DNA from: a virus
Taxonomy: Duplodnaviria; Caudoviricetes
Virus record (IMG/VR): IMGVR_UViG_3300002091_000055
Coordinates: 1-38,408 of that record
Direction: 5' to 3' (one strand)
DNA length: 38,408 nucleotides
The notes below the pieces were generated by a model that was not told where the DNA came from, did not search any database, and worked only from the letters and a program-made list of their open reading frames with translations. Both the position numbers and the translations under genes were made by a program. Of the stretch, positions 34,522 to 38,408 are shown in pieces (the stretch's first letter is position 1; every line of letters begins with the position of its first letter).

Positions 34522-34713
34522 TTAAATAGTTTTTGCGTTTGGTGTGTGAGCCAAATGTGCCAGATGGGCCATATGAACAACGTGCAACTGATGTGCTGCA
34601 TGAGCACTCAACACTGGGCTACCAGTTGGACTGGTAGTAACAGTGGGCTTCGGTACAGCGTTACCACCAGTTACTCGTGGTGCGCCATTGCTGGGTGGGT
34701 TGATCGCTCCCAT
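34522..34713 (-). CDS. His-rich small protein
   Basis: 63 aa; HAAHQLHVVHMAHLAHLAH. Confidence 0.6.
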   Translation of the reverse strand: MGAINPPSNGAPRVTGGNAVPKPTVTTSPTGSPVLSAHAAHQLHVVHMAHLAHLAHTPNAKTI

Positions 34714-34883
34714 TACTTAGCCTTGTGCTTGTCGTTGTTAGGCGTACCTGGAACTTGAACACCAGTGGCAGTAGTACCATGGGTTTGAGTAGGGGCATTT
34801 TCCCAATCAATGGGATTACCAGCCTTGATCGGCTGCGCTGTATTAACCGGCGCAGCAGTGCCTTGCTTACCAAAATCAGCCAT
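34713..34883 (-). CDS. 56-aa hypothetical protein, not in ORF track
   Basis: AAAAGGAG RBS; MADFGKQGTAAPVNTAQP...KHKAK; TAATG overlap. Confidence 0.65.
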   Translation of the reverse strand: MADFGKQGTAAPVNTAQPIKAGNPIDWENAPTQTHGTTATGVQVPGTPNNDKHKAK

Positions 34884-34904
34884 TTGCTGACTCCTTTTCT
34901 TTAC

Positions 34905-36782
34905 TTACGCCGGTTGGCGACGAATGACGCTTGCCGAAAGGTTCGGTGCGCCTGATTGGGACAAACCCGCTAAAAGGGTTTGCATATCTGGCCGACCACC
35001 AGGAGCCATACCTGCTTGACCAGGTGCAACCCCTTGCGGTAAACCAGTTTCTTGCATACCAGGTGGCATACCAGAAGGTGTCCCCTCAGGGGCGGGTGCG
35101 CCAGGAGTGCCAAGTTCGTTAGGCATCTGCGTACCAGCGGCTCCGTTTTCCGGCTGAGGGGAAGGTGGTGGGGCAAAAGCGTCAGCGATTGCCGTTTCAA
35201 TAGGAGTACCCTTTTTACGGGACTCAATGATTGCTGCAAGTTTAGTAACAACATCAGTAGGATCTTGGCCCTGTGCCGCCATTGAAGGAATGGACTGCAC
35301 ATAAGCTGCAACACCCTGGAACCCTGCTTCACGCAAACGCTCAATGTCAATGAGTTCTTCCTCAGTTTTAACATTCATTGAGTTTGGCAAGTTGCGTCGA
35401 ACAAACGACTTGGAAACAAGATCCGCACCCAAAGCCTGCAACGACCACACCAGTGCGCGGTTCGGGTCAAGACCAGCCATCAAACCGTAAGTGACCTCAA
35501 CACCAGTCTCAGTACCAATGTCGCGCTGGGGAACATACTTGATGGTGTACGAGTTTCCGTTCTGCTGACCCTTGATCTCTTTAGTTTCCATTGGCCAGTA
35601 AAGCGTGTCCATTTCAAAACACATTTGAATAATTTCAACAAAAGTATCGGCCAACACATCCTGTGCTGTTTTAATCTGGGTATCAAACCCACCCATCAAA
35701 GCCTGCACACCACGACCAGTGATGATACTTGCATCAATGTTTCCTTGACGACCCTCAGGGTAACGGGCACCGTTACGCATTTCCTGATCCAAAGCCTGAG
35801 CTTGAGCAAAAGCAGACTGTGGCATTTCAATGGGGGCACGTCGAACGTTTTGCGGTTCACGGGTACGAATGATTGCATCCCCACCGATAGGGAAGTGTTG
35901 AATGTCCGAAGGTACAAACAGTGGGGCCTCAACAGATTTGTGTGCAGCTTCCAAAGAAAGCAAAGCAAACTTGGCTCTAGCCATCTGAACCCAAAGCACA
36001 TCATCAAACTGTCCACGTTGCTGACCATCAAAAGAAGGTTTGCGTGCAACCACAATAGGACAACGACCCAAAGGGTTAGGGGTTTGAACTAAAAGAAGAT
36101 TGGAGCGTTCAGGGATGAACATGATTTCTTGCTCATCATCAACCCAACGAATAACCTCAAGCATAGTATCAGTGGTACCAAACATAACACCCTGGCTTGG
36201 ATTCTTACCACGAATCTTATCAGCATACTCAGGAAACATGGCACAAAGTTCCGAAGTGGGTTTAAGGAAACGCCTAGCAAAAGCAGTACAGTTACCCCAA
36301 CGATCAAACTCTGGGTACGAACCCATAGGATCTTCAACCGTAATATGTGGACGCTTATCCTTAAAATTGGGTTCAACACGGAAAGGAAGAAAACCATAAG
36401 TAATGTACTGGTCTGCACCAGCATACATTTCACGACCAAGTTTAGAAGCCATCACATACCAGTTAGCAATGATGGTGCGCTTCTCAGCCTTAGTACGCTT
36501 ACTATCATCAACCATGTTAGTTTGCGAACAAGAAAACGTTGGCAAAGGTGCGATCACCTCAGAAAGGTCACGCGCAACCGTATCAATAAAGTTTGAAACA
36601 ATGGGCTTAGGCCAGTCACTAGGAAACAAACCAGGAAAAGCTTCATCATAGTTACCACCACGAACAGAAGCCACCTTATTCATGCGACCATCACGTTCAG
36701 CATAACGTGATTTCAATACGTCAAAACGGCGGCGGATAGAATTATCCGCGTACTGCGCCATAGGCGTATCTTCTGCCATCAC
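34905..36782 (-). CDS. Portal protein
   Basis: 625 aa directly after the terminase; NFIDTVARDL, RGQFDDVLWVQ, Pro/Gly-rich C-terminal tail. Confidence 0.85.
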   Translation of the reverse strand: MMAEDTPMAQYADNSIRRRFDVLKSRYAERDGRMNKVASVRGGNYDEAFPGLFPSDWPKPIVSNFIDTVARDLSEVIAPLPTFSCSQTNMVDDSKRTKAEKRTIIANWYVMASKLGREMYAGADQYITYGFLPFRVEPNFKDKRPHITVEDPMGSYPEFDRWGNCTAFARRFLKPTSELCAMFPEYADKIRGKNPSQGVMFGTTDTMLEVIRWVDDEQEIMFIPERSNLLLVQTPNPLGRCPIVVARKPSFDGQQRGQFDDVLWVQMARAKFALLSLEAAHKSVEAPLFVPSDIQHFPIGGDAIIRTREPQNVRRAPIEMPQSAFAQAQALDQEMRNGARYPEGRQGNIDASIITGRGVQALMGGFDTQIKTAQDVLADTFVEIIQMCFEMDTLYWPMETKEIKGQQNGNSYTIKYVPQRDIGTETGVEVTYGLMAGLDPNRALVWSLQALGADLVSKSFVRRNLPNSMNVKTEEELIDIERLREAGFQGVAAYVQSIPSMAAQGQDPTDVVTKLAAIIESRKKGTPIETAIADAFAPPPSPQPENGAAGTQMPNELGTPGAPAPEGTPSGMPPGMQETGLPQGVAPGQAGMAPGGRPDMQTLLAGLSQSGAPNLSASVIRRQPA

Positions 36783-38408
36783 ATCACCATTTCATTTCGG
36801 CTACTTGCCCACTCATTCAAATCAACAACTGACCGTTGACTCATTCGACGGGGAGAGGAGTAAGGATTCTTAGTAAACCAACCAAGATCATTAGCGTTCT
36901 GACCAATAGTGTTTCTAGCTGAAAGCTCACAAAACCACAACGCCATAACAAGGTCAGTTTTGTTACGGGTCTTAGGTTGCCAAGAAACCAACTGCTCAAC
37001 AAGGGCCTTCATACCCTCAGTGCCCTCAATCAGTGGCAACTCAATCTGGTTATCACCCATTGAACGGGCAACACGGTTCTTATCACTAGCCGTTTCAATG
37101 GTGCCAAACAAAGGTGCCATACTTGCCACACCAAAACCATCATCCCACTTGTTGATACGGGATGTGTAGTGCGGTTTAATAATACAACCACGAGTATTCA
37201 AATACTTATTCAAATTTTCATCGTGAACCAAATACAACTGGAAAGCATTCGATTCAATAACCCACTCAGAAGGACGATACCTGTCAGTCCAAGAAGTAAC
37301 AAGATCATAAATTTTTGAAGGTGTTGCACCACTCATACGAACAGCATCAAGAATGTAACGCTTACCCGATTGCCTATCAACTGCCATAGCAATCGCTGCC
37401 GTGTCTTGGTCGGCAGCGGGGTCAAGTCCGCAAATGATGTAGAAACCTTCGGGGTTGGCGGGGTGTCCAGCGGACTTGCCGTTCAGTGGTCCTGGGCGGC
37501 GCATACCGTTTACGCTTCCGCGTACAGCAGCAGGGTGGAAGATTGCATCTTCAGCAACGTCTTGTTGTTGGTAAACCATTGACCAGATGCGGGGGCCTAC
37601 AGCACCACGCACGTTGTCAAGGTGTGGCCCGTCCCACCGTCGGTATAAGCCTTCTTCGTCGGGTTCTTCACCTTCTGAACCTTCAAAGGGCACTTCGGCT
37701 TTGGGCCAAAGTGTTAACCAAGTGTCCGAGTTGCCGGAACCGTAATCTAAAACAGCGGGTTGGGAGAAACGTGTCCAAGGTGAAACACCTGAAACGTAGT
37801 GGTCACCGTTCATTAGTTGTTGATACAAGTCAATGGGCGCAACGCGCGTACCAATAACCAGCAGTTTGCCCGTGGGGGCCAGTCGGGAGCTGACTTCGAT
37901 GCGAAGCCAGTCTAAATGTTTTTCCCATTCGGCGGCATTGGCTAAAACAACAGCGTCGTCAACAATGATCAGGTCTGCGCGGGCACCATAGATTTGGCCA
38001 CCGATACCAATGGCCTGAACTGTTGGGTCTTTCTCTTGGCCGTCACGTTCCTCACCACCCAAATAGATTTGGTTGGCAGTCCAAGAGTCAGCATTCTTTT
38101 TGAAACCACCCTCAGGACTAAAATTGGCTTGCAGCTTTGCGTACGCTGGGTGGGTTAAACGCTGCTTGATACCGTACAAGAACTGTTGTGCCATCTTCTG
38201 CGTTTTAGACACAAGGATCACGCGGGTGTCAGGGTTTTTACAAATCCGGTACACCACATAGTCAATAGAAACGGTTTGCGACTTTGCGTGGGCTGGTGGG
38301 GTGTTGATCAAAATACGGCTGGCTTGACCTGGTTGGTACTCAATGGCCGGATGAAAAAGTTCCGGCTCACGACCCTCAAGCAAATCTATCCAGCCCTGCT
38401 GGTGGGGG
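36779..38408 (-). CDS. terL: Terminase large subunit (ATPase and nuclease domains)
   Basis: Walker A-like PPAHAKS, GARADLIIVDD, VIGTR, nuclease GLDPA, IESNAFQ, DLVMALWF; N-terminus at 1..390. Confidence 0.92.
   Translation of the reverse strand, partial: PHQQGWIDLLEGREPELFHPAIEYQPGQASRILINTPPAHAKSQTVSIDYVVYRICKNPDTRVILVSKTQKMAQQFLYGIKQRLTHPAYAKLQANFSPEGGFKKNADSWTANQIYLGGEERDGQEKDPTVQAIGIGGQIYGARADLIIVDDAVVLANAAEWEKHLDWLRIEVSSRLAPTGKLLVIGTRVAPIDLYQQLMNGDHYVSGVSPWTRFSQPAVLDYGSGNSDTWLTLWPKAEVPFEGSEGEEPDEEGLYRRWDGPHLDNVRGAVGPRIWSMVYQQQDVAEDAIFHPAAVRGSVNGMRRPGPLNGKSAGHPANPEGFYIICGLDPAADQDTAAIAMAVDRQSGKRYILDAVRMSGATPSKIYDLVTSWTDRYRPSEWVIESNAFQLYLVHDENLNKYLNTRGCIIKPHYTSRINKWDDGFGVASMAPLFGTIETASDKNRVARSMGDNQIELPLIEGTEGMKALVEQLVSWQPKTRNKTDLVMALWFCELSARNTIGQNANDLGWFTKNPYSSPRRMSQRSVVDLNEWASSRNEMVM
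38312..38408. repeat. Terminal direct repeat (copy 2)
   Basis: Identical to 1..97. Confidence 0.95.

Noticed and set aside
16291-38261. Numerous plus-strand ORFs opposite the late genes, and the antisense ORF 6358..7005
   Set aside because: Shadow ORFs of real genes, without RBS or recognisable motifs

Overview
Apparently complete, circularly assembled genome (38,311 bp unique; the last 97 nt repeat the first 97 nt) of a tailed dsDNA phage. The host is most likely an actinobacterium (WhiB-like regulator, small SLT-type transglycosylase, split primase, actinophage-style resolvase and endolysin). The virion is probably short-tailed: no tape-measure or major tail tube gene is recognisable, and large candidate internal-virion genes are present. 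Layout: a control region (850-1520) carries a 15-bp-periodic palindrome array, two perfect DnaA boxes and divergent promoter candidates. A rightward early operon (1522-7645) encodes a beta-clamp-like protein, WhiB, a transglycosylase and a C5 DNA methyltransferase. A leftward replication operon (14714-7779) encodes a RecB-type nuclease, DnaB-like helicase, resolvase, split primase, 3'-5' exonuclease and sigma-like factor, with no recognisable DNA polymerase. A short rightward cassette contains a repeat-flanked GC-rich insertion. A long leftward late operon runs terminase (across the assembly origin), portal, internal proteins, scaffold, capsid, tail, lysis. No integrase, tRNA, rRNA or CRISPR array was seen. 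Most interesting: (1) four early-gene leaders share one RNA architecture (G-U-rich long hairpin, short hairpin, GGTTAGG start motif), and the hairpin ending the same operon displays the complement of that motif in its loop, suggesting an RNA-based control circuit; (2) a protein overprinted in the +1 frame of a methyltransferase with several candidate target-recognition segments; (3) a repeat-flanked insertion of an apparently inactivated nuclease; (4) a pseudoknot-containing leader upstream of the scaffold gene. All functional calls come from motif recognition by eye; no database search was run.
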